Below are positions 54,752 through 64,000 of a stretch of DNA of 64,000 bases, piece after piece. Made by a program: the position numbers and the translations under genes. The number at the start of each line of letters is the position of its first letter. Positions within the stretch are counted from its first letter, which is position 1. The stretch is from an uncultured Phycisphaerales bacterium. Its GTDB lineage: Bacteria > Planctomycetota > Phycisphaerae > Tepidisphaerales > Tepidisphaeraceae. Below the pieces are notes generated by a model. That model did not search any database and was not told the origin of the DNA. It was given only the letters and a program-made list of their open reading frames with translations. The stretch covers positions 1,824,001 through 1,888,000 of the forward strand of contig CAVWLP010000002.1 of the NCBI GenBank assembly GCA_963755915.1. The letters run 5' to 3'.

Positions 54752-54780
54752 AAATGGGAGACGCGCGTGAACTGATCAAG

Positions 54781-56676
54781 TTAATTGGAACCGTGAGCGC
54801 CCAAGCTGGGCACGGGGGGTTGGGGAGGGGGTGATTCGTCGGTTTCGCGGATCAAAAGGGGCTGGGCCATCTGATGAATTTGGCGCAGGGCTTCGTCAAA
54901 CTGCGTCGCAAGCTCGGCGTTGGCTTCGCTGGTCAGGCGATGGCGAAGCTTGTCGGTAATTCCCTGCACATGCCAAAGGCCGATGACCAGGCGAATCTCC
55001 GGTAGCTTGGCGCGGACGCGTTTGCAGACGTATCGGGCGTGGGCGGCGGCGCCGGGGGGCATGGCGGAGATGACGACGACGTCGACCTTTTCGCTCGAAA
55101 GAACCTCCACGCGCTCGCTGGCGAGGGAACTGGCCGAGATTGGGGTGACGGTGTATCCCAGCCCCTGGAGGAGGCTGGCGAGCATCAGGCCGGCGATTTC
55201 CTCGACGCGGTTGTGTGCGGGGAGCAGGGCGATTCGAATCGTGGCATCCCGGGGCACTTTTACGGTGTCGTCCTTCTTTTCCGCGACCTGGGCGGATTTT
55301 TCGTCGGGCTGACCAGCATCTTCAATCTCATCGCTCATGACCTGCAGGATGAAATCCAAACGGCCCTCGTCGAGAATTCCGGCGCGGAAGTCGCGCTGGG
55401 CCATGACCAGGGCGGGGAGCATGATCTGGCTGAAAAGCTGCTCGCGATTACGGTCTTTCTCGAATTCATCGAGCAGGTCCTCGGCTTCCTCGGCGTCTTC
55501 GGCAAGCAGGCGCTGGTAATAGCGCTCGGGAGGACTGAGCACCGGCTGGTCGCCCAGCAGAATATCGAGAAAGGCGAGCTGGGGGACGTATTTTCCGGCG
55601 ACGGCGAGAAGGACGGTGAGCGGCGTAGAGAGGAGCAAGCCGATGCCGCCCCAGAGCCAGGTCCAGAAGACAGCGGCGACGAGAATCGCCAGCGGGGAGA
55701 GGCCGGTTCGGGCGCCGAAGAGGAGAGGCTCGACGGCGTTTGCGGCGACAATCTCGAGTAGGGCGAAGAGTCCGAGGGTGAGAAATGGGCGGGCGGTGTA
55801 ATACCCCTCCGGCAACACGGCGGAGAGGATGATGGGAAAAAGTGCGCCGATCCAGATTCCAACGTAGGGAACGAATCGGAGCAGGGCACAGAGCAAACCC
55901 CACAGTGGGGCGTTGGGGATGTGAATGAGATAGAGGCCGAGTGCGACCAGAATTCCGTAGATGCCGTTGACGGCGGATTGTGCGGCGAGATAGCGGCTGA
56001 TGCGGGTGGCGGCTTCGTCGAGGGCGCGGGTAGTGACGGTCAGTTGTCCGTGGCCGACCAGGCGGATCACGCGGTCGCGGATGTCTTCGCGCTGGATGAG
56101 CATGAAGACCACAAAGACGATGACAACCAGGAACTGGGCCATGGGCGCGATGATGTCCAGGGCGGAGCGGACGGTTCCCAGAGCTGATGGCGTTTCCGGC
56201 GACGAGGTAATTTCGACGGCGACGGGATTTTCTTTGGTTCCGCGGTTTGCCCAGGTTTGCCCAACGCCGTCCGGCTGGGTGGTAACCACTTCCTTGGCCA
56301 TGGTGGCGATTTCACTCGACGCCTTGGCCCAGACGCCGCCTCCCAGATAGTGATGGACGCCGGCGATCTTGTGCTCGATGTCGGCCTGATAATCACCGAG
56401 TTTAACGGCCAGTTCGGTGGCCTGATCTGAAATGACCCATCCGATGCCGCCGAGGAGGGCGAAGGAAAGGGCGACGACGATGAGGACGCTGGGGGTGCGG
56501 CGGAGGCGGAGGCGTTCGAGACGATGGACCAGGGGGGCGAGGAGAAAGGTCAGGAGGAGGGCGACGGCGAGGGGAATGAGGACGGCCCGGGCGAAATAGA
56601 GACCGGCGACCACGCCGCAGATGGCCGCCAGGGCGAGAAATCGCCCTGACTTGCTGCTTGCGGATGGTTCGCCCAT
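54781..56676 (-). CDS. AI-2E family transporter with C-terminal cytoplasmic Rossmann-like domain
   Basis: LIPLAVALLLTFLLAP, LRFVPYVG and AVFWTWLWGGIGLLLSTPLT. Confidence 0.92.
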   Translation of the reverse strand: MGEPSASSKSGRFLALAAICGVVAGLYFARAVLIPLAVALLLTFLLAPLVHRLERLRLRRTPSVLIVVALSFALLGGIGWVISDQATELAVKLGDYQADIEHKIAGVHHYLGGGVWAKASSEIATMAKEVVTTQPDGVGQTWANRGTKENPVAVEITSSPETPSALGTVRSALDIIAPMAQFLVVIVFVVFMLIQREDIRDRVIRLVGHGQLTVTTRALDEAATRISRYLAAQSAVNGIYGILVALGLYLIHIPNAPLWGLLCALLRFVPYVGIWIGALFPIILSAVLPEGYYTARPFLTLGLFALLEIVAANAVEPLLFGARTGLSPLAILVAAVFWTWLWGGIGLLLSTPLTVLLAVAGKYVPQLAFLDILLGDQPVLSPPERYYQRLLAEDAEEAEDLLDEFEKDRNREQLFSQIMLPALVMAQRDFRAGILDEGRLDFILQVMSDEIEDAGQPDEKSAQVAEKKDDTVKVPRDATIRIALLPAHNRVEEIAGLMLASLLQGLGYTVTPISASSLASERVEVLSSEKVDVVVISAMPPGAAAHARYVCKRVRAKLPEIRLVIGLWHVQGITDKLRHRLTSEANAELATQFDEALRQIHQMAQPLLIRETDESPPPQPPVPSLGAHGSN

Positions 56677-56796
56677 GGAGGCGATTGTAAGCGACCTTAC
56701 TCATTGGCGGAGCGGGGAAATTATCCGGACCGCGTTGGGGGCTGATAATCCATACCCGCAACGAAAATCAGGGCGAGATGGCCGATAGAGTTAGTC

Positions 56797-57498
56797 ATGA
56801 GATTGGGTAGGTGCGGGATCAGGCGTTGGTTGGATAGGCCCCAGGATGGCGGCTCGACTGTCTTCGACCCTGAGGCTCAGACCCGAAGGGAGCTCGCCGA
56901 AGTCCATCCTGGGGCTTTGGGCGCGGTGACTGGGGTTGTTCTGACTCTTGTCGTGCTGCTGGGTGTGGGGGAGGCTTCGGGGCAGGCCACGCGGCCCGAT
57001 TCGGATGCTTCGCCGACGTGGGCGAAGGCCGTGAGCTCTATTGCGGCGGCGGCGGCGGGGCACGATGCGCAAACATTGCAGTCGCTGATCGATCCAAATT
57101 GCCAGATCAAGCGTTTCAACGCCGAGGGGGCGGGCGATGTTTCCGACTTCACGGATTTCGCGACCGGGACGTCAATCATCGGGGATCACGCGTATGTATT
57201 TCCGGATGTCAGCGCGATCGCCGACATCGCGCGCGATATCGATTTATCGCCGCTGGTGAGCGACTACCAGCGGAAGGAGCTTTCGATGGGGGACGCGAAT
57301 CAGAAGTCGGGGGTGATGCGGTGGATCGCGCAGTCGCTGGATGCGCAGGATGGGGAGCTGATCGGGGTGATCGTTTTGTGGGATTCGCGTGCGGATACCG
57401 ACGACATGCACCGACCGAATTTTATTTTGATCAAGGCGGAGAAATCGGATGGGGGATTCAAGCCTACGCAGATTGTTTATGGGGATCCGCTGCAGTAA
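56797..57498 (+). CDS. Hypothetical exported protein whose 5' region contains nested palindromic insertions
   Basis: Hydrophobic signal segment and QATRP motif; start may lie upstream or downstream of the repeat nest. Confidence 0.65.
   Translation: MRLGRCGIRRWLDRPQDGGSTVFDPEAQTRRELAEVHPGALGAVTGVVLTLVVLLGVGEASGQATRPDSDASPTWAKAVSSIAAAAAGHDAQTLQSLIDPNCQIKRFNAEGAGDVSDFTDFATGTSIIGDHAYVFPDVSAIADIARDIDLSPLVSDYQRKELSMGDANQKSGVMRWIAQSLDAQDGELIGVIVLWDSRADTDDMHRPNFILIKAEKSDGGFKPTQIVYGDPLQ
56838..56915. repeat. Triple-nested palindromic elements D > C > B
   Basis: Removing B (56861-56889 plus 1 bp) gives the exact element C seen at 13740; removing C gives the perfect 24-bp palindrome GCCCCAGGATGGCCATCCTGGGGC. 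Confidence 0.92.
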
Positions 57499-57526
57499 GT
57501 AGGGACGCAAAATGACTGGGGATGTC

Positions 57527-57657
57527 TTTCCCGTCGCTCGGTACGCGGGACGCAGTCATCAAGGAGAGGGCAAGCGCAGCGCGGGTGAGGGAAGTTTTCT
57601 GCGTAATTCGCTCAAGGCCCTCACCCCAACCCTCTCCCGGAGTACCGGGGGAGGGGG
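57527..57657. repeat. REPIN-like inverted pair of family A repeats
   Basis: Degenerate inverted copy (...GGTAC...GAGAGGG...GGGTGAGGG) followed by CCCTCACCCCAACCCTCTCCCGGAGTACCGGGGGAGGGGG. Confidence 0.7.
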
Positions 57658-57698
57658 TAAAGAAATTAGGGGAATCATTTTGCGTTCGAAGTTAGCAG

Positions 57699-58525
57699 CT
57701 ATTTCACTTCAAGCACGATGATGGAAAGATCGTCCTTCGGGGCGAGGCTTCCCGTCTCGCGATCGATATTTTCGGCAAGCTCCTGAAGCAATTGCTCTGT
57801 CGGCATATCGCGGCGGTTTTGGAGCTCTTTACGCCATTGCTGGGTATCGAGGAGCTGGTCGTCGGCAAAGGCCACTTCGATGCCGTCGGTGTAGATGAAG
57901 AGGCGGTCTCCCGAGCGCAGTTGTACCTGGGCGTGGCAATATTTTTCTTCGCGGAAGATTCCGAGGAGGGGGCCTTCGCCGTGGAGGTTCATGACGCTTC
58001 CGTCGTGCGCATGAGCAGCGGGGGGGGGTGTCCAGCGCCGGCGTAGCGGCAGACCAGGGTGCTGGCGTTGACGGTGCCGTAAACGGCGGTTGCGAAGGTT
58101 GCGTGGGTGAGGTTCTGGTCGACGAGGGAGGCGTTGAGGCGTTCCAGGGTTTCGCCGGGATCGAGAAGGCGATAGCCGCCGGGGGTGATTTGTTTGGTGA
58201 CCAGGGCGTTTTTGATGAACATGGTGAGGAGGGCCGCGGGCATTCCGTGGCCGACGGCATCGGCCATGTAAAAGCAGACGTGGGTTTCGTCGAGGCGGGC
58301 GACATCGTAGAGGTCTCCGCTGACGTAACCGGCGGGGCGATAGAGGGTGTGGAAATGGATGGGGCCGATCTGGGGAAGGGTCTTGGGCAAAAAGTCCTGC
58401 TGGAGGCGGGCGGCAAGGCGGAGCTCCTCGTCGAGGCGGTGCATGTAAAAGTTGAGGGTTTCATCGCGGCGGCTCATCAAATTGATTTCTTTGCGCAGGG
58501 CTTCGAGCTCTGCGCAGGGTTTCAA
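57699..58525 (-). CDS. PP2C/SpoIIE (RsbU-like) protein phosphatase; frameshift near 57995, start uncertain (possibly near 58605)
   Basis: AARLQQDFLP, VSGDLYD, ADAVGHGMPAAL, AGHPPP, YTDGI and DDLS. Confidence 0.9.
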
Positions 58526-58646
58526 CCTGGGCCAAGGCCGCGTCTTCGATTTTGGGCTCGGAAGTTTGCTCGGTTGTCGTGCCCGCCACGGAATCCTCTC
58601 TCATCGGATTTCGGTCAGGGGCGATAAAAACTTGAATGAGGCGGGG

Positions 58647-59087
58647 CTATTTTTGCGGGGGGAGGGTTATATGGTCGCCGACGTGCAGATTGAGCCGGGC
58701 GGCGGTGCCGGCGTTGAGCTCGATGACATATTGGGCGGGGACGTCGCTGGAGATGCCTTTATCGCTGAATGCGTCCATGTGCTTGATACTTACAATCGTG
58801 CCATCGGGCGAAAGAAAGAGGTTATCGAGCCCGAAATGGACATCGTGATTCCAGAAATTCTGGACGAACGGGTGATCGTTAATAAAGATCATTCCATGGT
58901 CGGAGTCGAGGTGATCGCGGTGCATCAGGCCCACCTCCTGGTCGTGGAATGATTGGGCGATCTCGATGTTGAAGGTTTGGCCGCCGATGGTGATTTGCTC
59001 AACGGGGAGGGAAGAATCGCTTTCCCTGGAGCTGCAGGACGTAGCCAGGAGCAGGATCAGGAAAGTGGGTGCGAGGCGGATTTTCAT
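58647..59087 (-). CDS. DUF192 family lipoprotein
   Basis: LATSC lipobox; EIA...GLMHR...GMIF; YVIELNAG. Confidence 0.88.
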   Translation of the reverse strand: MKIRLAPTFLILLLATSCSSRESDSSLPVEQITIGGQTFNIEIAQSFHDQEVGLMHRDHLDSDHGMIFINDHPFVQNFWNHDVHFGLDNLFLSPDGTIVSIKHMDAFSDKGISSDVPAQYVIELNAGTAARLNLHVGDHITLPPQK

Positions 59088-59458
59088 GGTTTGTGGGTAC
59101 GTTCGCGTTTGAGCTTCATGGTCAGATGAATATCGATCGCCACGAGAATGATGATAAGCATTAGCAATAAAATCGCACTGGTCCAGACGGCGAGGTAAGC
59201 GCCGGGATTTCGCTGGTCATTGACGGTATTGAATCCGGCGAAACAGGCGACGGCCAGCAGAAAAAGCGACGCCCCGCAAATGCGGCGGAGGACGATGCGG
59301 AGGGAATTGCGTCCCTGGGGCTCGAGACCGGCGAGGCGTTTGGCGGCGTTGGAGGAGAAGAGGTAGAACCATCCAGCGGCGGCACAGGCGAGTGCGAAGA
59401 TGTCCGCGATGGCCGCCTCGTTCATGACGGTCAATTTACCTGATTCGCGGTTGGGCAT
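59084..59458 (-). CDS. Three-TM hypothetical membrane protein
   Basis: Three hydrophobic helices; translationally coupled within the operon. Confidence 0.65.
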   Translation of the reverse strand: MPNRESGKLTVMNEAAIADIFALACAAAGWFYLFSSNAAKRLAGLEPQGRNSLRIVLRRICGASLFLLAVACFAGFNTVNDQRNPGAYLAVWTSAILLLMLIIILVAIDIHLTMKLKRERTHKP

Positions 59459-60046
59459 GAACCCCTGCTGATTTGAGCATTTCGGCGGTGGTCGTCATCG
59501 GCAGGCCCATGATGTTGGTATAGCATCCTGCGGTGCGGCGGACGAAGGGATCGCGATCCTGAATTCCGTAGGCGCCGGCTTTTCCCTGCCAGTCGCCGGA
59601 GGCGATATAGGCGTCGATTTCGGCGGGGTGCAGTGGTTTCATTTCGACCGTAGAAATAACGACGCGGGAAAGAAACAGGTTGTCGCTGTGCCGAACAAGT
59701 GTGACGGCGGTGATGACCTGGTGGGTTGTGCCGGAAAGAGAGGCGAGAATTCTTCGGGCGTCTCGAGCGTCGCTGGGTTTGCCGAGAATTTCTTGGCCGA
59801 GGGAGACGACGGTATCGGCGCCGAGGACGAGCGAATCGGGGAAATTTTCCGCGACCTTTTCGGCCTTTAGGCGGGCCAGCTCGGCTGCGAGATCCTGGGC
59901 TGGCCATTTTCGCTGGCTGGTAATTGCCTCTTCATCGACATCGGCGGGATGAACTTCGAATTCGTAGCCGGCCTCGCGTAGAAGGGACTGGCGGCGCGGG
60001 AGGCGCTGGCGAGAATTAATTCTGCCGAGTTGGATTGATTGGCCAT
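59436..60046 (-). CDS. maf: Maf-family nucleotide pyrophosphatase (frameshift near 60003)
   Basis: LILASAS/PRRQSLL, VLGADTVV, GKPSD, KAGAYGIQ and NIMGLP. Confidence 0.9.
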
Positions 60047-60049
60047 TAC

Positions 60050-60469
60050 CTAATGAATGAGCCGCACGGCGACGTCACCGATGGCGGGCTCGCGCCCGCC
60101 CTTGCCGGGGGGATCATATTTGACAGTCAGAGAATTCTCGGTGACGGCCTCGACTTTTCCCATGGTCAGGACTTTTCCATTGGAATCCAGGAAGGTAATG
60201 ATGTCTCCCTCGGTGAAATCCTTGACGGGAACATCGGAGACGGAAGCGAGGTTAGAGCTGGAGAGAACGGCGGTCACTTCCCCGACGCGGGCATCGGGAC
60301 GCTGGTTGCGATAGGTTTGCTGCAATTGAGTCAATTGCTCGGGGGTTACCGGGGGGGCGGGGGGTGGGCTTGCCGTTGAGCAGCCGCTTAATGCCAAAAC
60401 TAGCCCGGCCAGCGTGGCCACCGTCAATCCATGAATGCAGACCTTGTTCATGTCGCCTAGTTTAACCAA
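60050..60469 (-). CDS. Hypothetical lipoprotein
   Basis: LALSGC lipobox and a beta-rich domain. Confidence 0.7.
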   Translation of the reverse strand: MVKLGDMNKVCIHGLTVATLAGLVLALSGCSTASPPPAPPVTPEQLTQLQQTYRNQRPDARVGEVTAVLSSSNLASVSDVPVKDFTEGDIITFLDSNGKVLTMGKVEAVTENSLTVKYDPPGKGGREPAIGDVAVRLIH

Positions 60470-60590
60470 GTTTATGGAAATCGGAAATTGGCAATGTCGC
60501 GAAGGGGCAGCCGTTATAGTGCAATCGCATATGGATTGAAAAATGCCGAAGGCCCCCCACCCTAACCCTCCCCTCTTCGAGCCTGAGCCT

Positions 60591-61947
60591 TGTATAGACC
60601 GGAGACATGGGTAACAGGTCTCTCAGGACATAGGTAACACATTTCATTTTGGGTATCACGGCCAAAAAGGAGGCCGATGCCCTGGAAGGAATGTGTGACG
60701 AACGAAGTTCGCGGTGAGTTTGTGCAACTGGCTATGCGGGCGGATGCTAACCTGGCAGCGCTTTGCCGACGGTTCGGAATCAGCCGGCGCTGTGGTTACA
60801 AATGGCTCCGGCGTTATCGTGCCGAGGGTCAGGCGGGATTGTTGGATCGTTCGCGTCGCCCGCACGCCAGTCCCGCACAGGTGGACGGCCGGATGAGGCA
60901 GGCGGTTGTGAGGCTTCGCATGAAGCATCCGGTGTGGGGAGGCCGCAAGCTGAGGAAGCTGCTGGAGAATCAGGGTCGGGATCCGGCGACGTTGCCTGCG
61001 GTGAGCACGATCGGGCGTATTTTATTTCGCGGTGGACTGATCGATCCGGCTCGATCATCACAGCACCGGGCGTTTCAACGCTTTGAGCACGATCAGCCCA
61101 ATGACCTTTGGCAGATGGACTTCAAGGGACATTTCGCCTTGGGCAACGGGCGGCGTTGCCATGCCCTGACGGTGCTGGATGATCACTCACGTTATTGTCT
61201 TTGCCTGCAGGCATGCACGGGTGAGACCGAGCAGGATGTGAAGCCCGCATTGGTGCGACTATTCCAGCAAAATGGCCTGCCGCTGAGGATTTTGTGCGAC
61301 AACGGTCCTCCGTGGGGCACCTGGCATGGGCAGGAACGGCAAGGGTACACGCGTTTGGGTCTGTGGCTGTTGCGTCAGAACGTGGGAGTATGTCACGGCC
61401 GTCCGCGTCACCCGCAAACACAAGGCAAGGACGAGCGTCTGCATCGAACGCTTAAAGAGGAGCTGCTGATGCGTCAGCCGCTGGCCAATATGGCTGATGC
61501 CCAGAAGCATTTCGACCCCTGGCGTGAGCAGTACAATTGCGTGCGTCCCCACGAGGCGTTGGGTCTGGCGGTTCCGGCCAGCCGCTACGGCAAAAGTCCT
61601 CGGGCTTACGAGCCTGATCTCAAGGTGGAGTACCTTGCCGGTGACCAGGTGAGAAAGGTGGATCGCAATGGGCTGTTCGCCTTCCGGAGCATCGAGTGGC
61701 GTTTGGGCATTGCCTTTGCGGGCGAGACGGTAGCGATTCGGTTGACCGCGGCGGATGGAATAATGGCCGTGGTCTATGCCAGACAAACAGTGGCGGGCGT
61801 CAATCTGAAGGAAATCAGCCGAGGCCGTCGGCGAGTTGTGTGCTGTGCCGAGCCTCCGGTCGCTGCGCTCCCTCCGGCTCGGCACAGCACACAAAAAGTG
61901 TTACCTATGTCCTGAGAGAGGTGTTATCTATGTCCTGGAACAAAACA
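60591..61947 (+). mobile_element. IS481-family insertion sequence
   Basis: TGT...ACA ends, doubled GACATAGGTAACA-type subterminal repeats in inverted orientation, 5-bp target duplication AGCCT (60586-60590, 61948-61952). Confidence 0.93.
60677..61915 (+). CDS. IS481-family transposase (intact)
   Basis: MPWKE...LCRRFGISRRCGYKW, WQMDFKG, LDDHSRY, CDNG and PQTQGKDERLH. Confidence 0.95.
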   Translation: MPWKECVTNEVRGEFVQLAMRADANLAALCRRFGISRRCGYKWLRRYRAEGQAGLLDRSRRPHASPAQVDGRMRQAVVRLRMKHPVWGGRKLRKLLENQGRDPATLPAVSTIGRILFRGGLIDPARSSQHRAFQRFEHDQPNDLWQMDFKGHFALGNGRRCHALTVLDDHSRYCLCLQACTGETEQDVKPALVRLFQQNGLPLRILCDNGPPWGTWHGQERQGYTRLGLWLLRQNVGVCHGRPRHPQTQGKDERLHRTLKEELLMRQPLANMADAQKHFDPWREQYNCVRPHEALGLAVPASRYGKSPRAYEPDLKVEYLAGDQVRKVDRNGLFAFRSIEWRLGIAFAGETVAIRLTAADGIMAVVYARQTVAGVNLKEISRGRRRVVCCAEPPVAALPPARHSTQKVLPMS

Positions 61948-62102
61948 AGCCTCAGAGCCGAAGGCCGGAGTACCAGGGGAGGGGTGATAGGGGCAGATGC
62001 GATTGCCCTGGCAGCCGTTATGGCGCGTGGCGGCAAAAGCTTGAATCTTCCGATGGAAATTCGATTGGTTTATTGAACCGTTGAACTTAGAATTCGGCTC
62101 CC

Positions 62103-62648
62103 ATGACGAATGTTACACTCGATCCCGTCGGCATCGACGGCGCAAAACTGACGAAACTTACGGTTTGGGAAGATGAACGCGGGTCATTTTTCGAGGCCTT
62201 CCGCGCCTCCTGGTTTGCTGAGCAGCGGCAACGCTGGATGCAGTGGAATGTTTCGCGCTCCACGGGCAGCGTGGTGCGCGGGCTTCATTTTCATAAGCTT
62301 CAGACGGATTACTGGCACGTGGTCGCCGGCAGGGTGCTGGTCGGGCTGGTCGATCTGCGGCCGAAATCGCTGACGTATAAGGTTGCCAAGTGCATTACGC
62401 TCGACGCGGCGGATCCCCAAGGGCTTTATATTCCGCCGGGGGTTTTGCATGGATACAAGATTGAGAAAGACGCGACGATCATGTATCTGGTTGACGTCGA
62501 ATATACGGGGAAGGACGAGTATGGCGTCCGCTGGAACGATCCGGCGCTGGGGCTGCCGAAGGAATGGTATGAGGGGCCGGAGCCGGCGGTGTCGAAGCGG
62601 GATTCGACGGCGCCGATGCTGAAGGATTTGAAAGCGAAGGCGGAGTGA
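62103..62648 (+). CDS. rmlC: dTDP-4-dehydrorhamnose 3,5-epimerase family protein
   Basis: DERGSFFE, QWNVSRS, VVRGLHFH, LYIPPGVLHG and VRWNDP. Confidence 0.88.
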   Translation: MTNVTLDPVGIDGAKLTKLTVWEDERGSFFEAFRASWFAEQRQRWMQWNVSRSTGSVVRGLHFHKLQTDYWHVVAGRVLVGLVDLRPKSLTYKVAKCITLDAADPQGLYIPPGVLHGYKIEKDATIMYLVDVEYTGKDEYGVRWNDPALGLPKEWYEGPEPAVSKRDSTAPMLKDLKAKAE

Positions 62649-62657
62649 TTGCGAACG

Positions 62658-63047
<390 letters not shown>

Positions 63048-63125
63048 TTATAGACAACCCAGGTCCGACATCCAATCGGGAGCGGATTGACTCCTTGTGC
63101 GGGCCTCTCGATGATTCACAGCGGC

Positions 63126-63641
63126 ATGGCGGAAATTTCTATTCGATTCATCCGCAAGTCTGACTTACCGGCATTCAAGGCGCTGCGGCTGGAAGCGCTC
63201 CGCGGGCATCCCGACGCGTTTGGGTCGGATCATGAGGAAAATCTCGACCGGCCGGAATCTTTCTGGATCGAGCGCGTGGAGAAGCTCGTCGACAACCCGC
63301 ATGGCTGCGCCGTGGTGGCGGAATCCGGAGAGGAATTGGCCGGGATGGTCGGTGTCTGGCGGGAAGAGGGGCGGAAGTGCCTGCATAACGCGCATATCTG
63401 GGGCGTCTATATTCGCCCCGCTCATCGCGGAAAAAAGCTGATGGATCGGATGATTGATCGCGCGATCGAGTGGTGCCGTGGCAATGGAATTCGGATCGTC
63501 AGGCTGACGGTCGCCACGCATAACGCGAGTGCGATCCGCTGCTACCTTCGCTGCGGGTTTGCGGTGTATGGGGTCAGCCCGGCGGAGTTGCTCGTTGATG
63601 GGCGATTTATCGACGAGCTACTTTTGTTTCGAAGGATCTGA
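63126..63641 (+). CDS. GNAT family N-acetyltransferase
   Basis: LRLEAL...PDAFGS, WGVYIRPAHRGK and NASAIRCYLRCGF. Confidence 0.9.
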   Translation: MAEISIRFIRKSDLPAFKALRLEALRGHPDAFGSDHEENLDRPESFWIERVEKLVDNPHGCAVVAESGEELAGMVGVWREEGRKCLHNAHIWGVYIRPAHRGKKLMDRMIDRAIEWCRGNGIRIVRLTVATHNASAIRCYLRCGFAVYGVSPAELLVDGRFIDELLLFRRI

Positions 63642-63851
63642 AGATTCGGCTGCGCTGGGGCCTGGGGCCGATTTTCTTTGGGATTCGAATTGGCGAACGA
63701 GGCGGTGTGCCTGCTCGAGCCACTCGAGCTTCTGTGCGAGGGAAAGCTTTGCCATTCGGAGCAGTTGCAATCGCTCGTGTTCGTCCCATCTCCGTTCCCA
63801 GACGCGCTGCTGATCGTCGGCGTTATCGGCGTCGCTCATTGGCGGCTCCAA
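63618..63851 (-). CDS. Small hypothetical protein
   Basis: WDEHERLQLLRMAKLSLAQKLEWLE helical ORF; GGAG precedes MSDAD. Confidence 0.55.
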   Translation of the reverse strand: MEPPMSDADNADDQQRVWERRWDEHERLQLLRMAKLSLAQKLEWLEQAHRLVRQFESQRKSAPGPSAAESSDPSKQK

Positions 63852-63863
63852 CCCATTTGGTAA

Positions 63864-64000
63864 TCATTTCTGGGTCGTCGCCCCAGGCAGGGCGGCTGGC
63901 CCGGCCTTATACGCCGCCGCGATGTCATCGCCGGCGAGGGCATTGTCATAAACGCGGAATTCGCTGATCGTGGCGCTGAGGCCCGGGTCGTTGTCATAGG
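63864..64000 (-). CDS. C-terminus of a LamG/concanavalin-like domain protein (truncated by the window edge)
   Basis: Hand translation YDNDPGLSATISEFRVYDNALAGDDIAAAYKAGP matches the I.EFRxY..AL LamG tail. Confidence 0.7.
   Translation of the reverse strand, partial: YDNDPGLSATISEFRVYDNALAGDDIAAAYKAGPAALPGATTQK

Overview
A GC-rich bacterial chromosomal window, most likely from a planctomycete of class Phycisphaerae (Tepidisphaerales/WD2101-like). The assignment rests on the 16S sequence, PEP-CTERM proteins, prepilin/H-X9-DG proteins and an extended ECF sigma factor. Housekeeping genes include dnaK (with a sigma-54 promoter), xseB, rsmH, an ftsI-like PBP, queA, xerD, purE, pckG, argS, a CtpA protease, rpsA, maf and rmlC. 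The window also holds a solitary 16S rRNA gene with no tRNA or 23S, two HigBA and one VapBC toxin-antitoxin modules, and IS4 and IS481 elements with intact ends and target duplications. Many genes carry 1-nt frameshifts, often at homopolymers, which I read as long-read errors rather than pseudogenes. The most unusual signal is a set of tiny (23-29 bp) palindromic elements. They insert into other repeats with a 1-bp duplication (net +24 or +30 nt, so reading frames survive) and form Russian-doll nests at 56838-56915 (in an ORF) and 60553-61984 (with IS481 innermost). Other leads are a riboswitch-like leader before an ankyrin gene, a reduced rsmH-LysM-ftsL-[higBA]-ftsI division locus, a recurrent leaderless-promoter pattern, and a 14-bp ATG-containing tandem repeat at a kinase start. 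No database searches were possible; protein calls come from recognised motifs.
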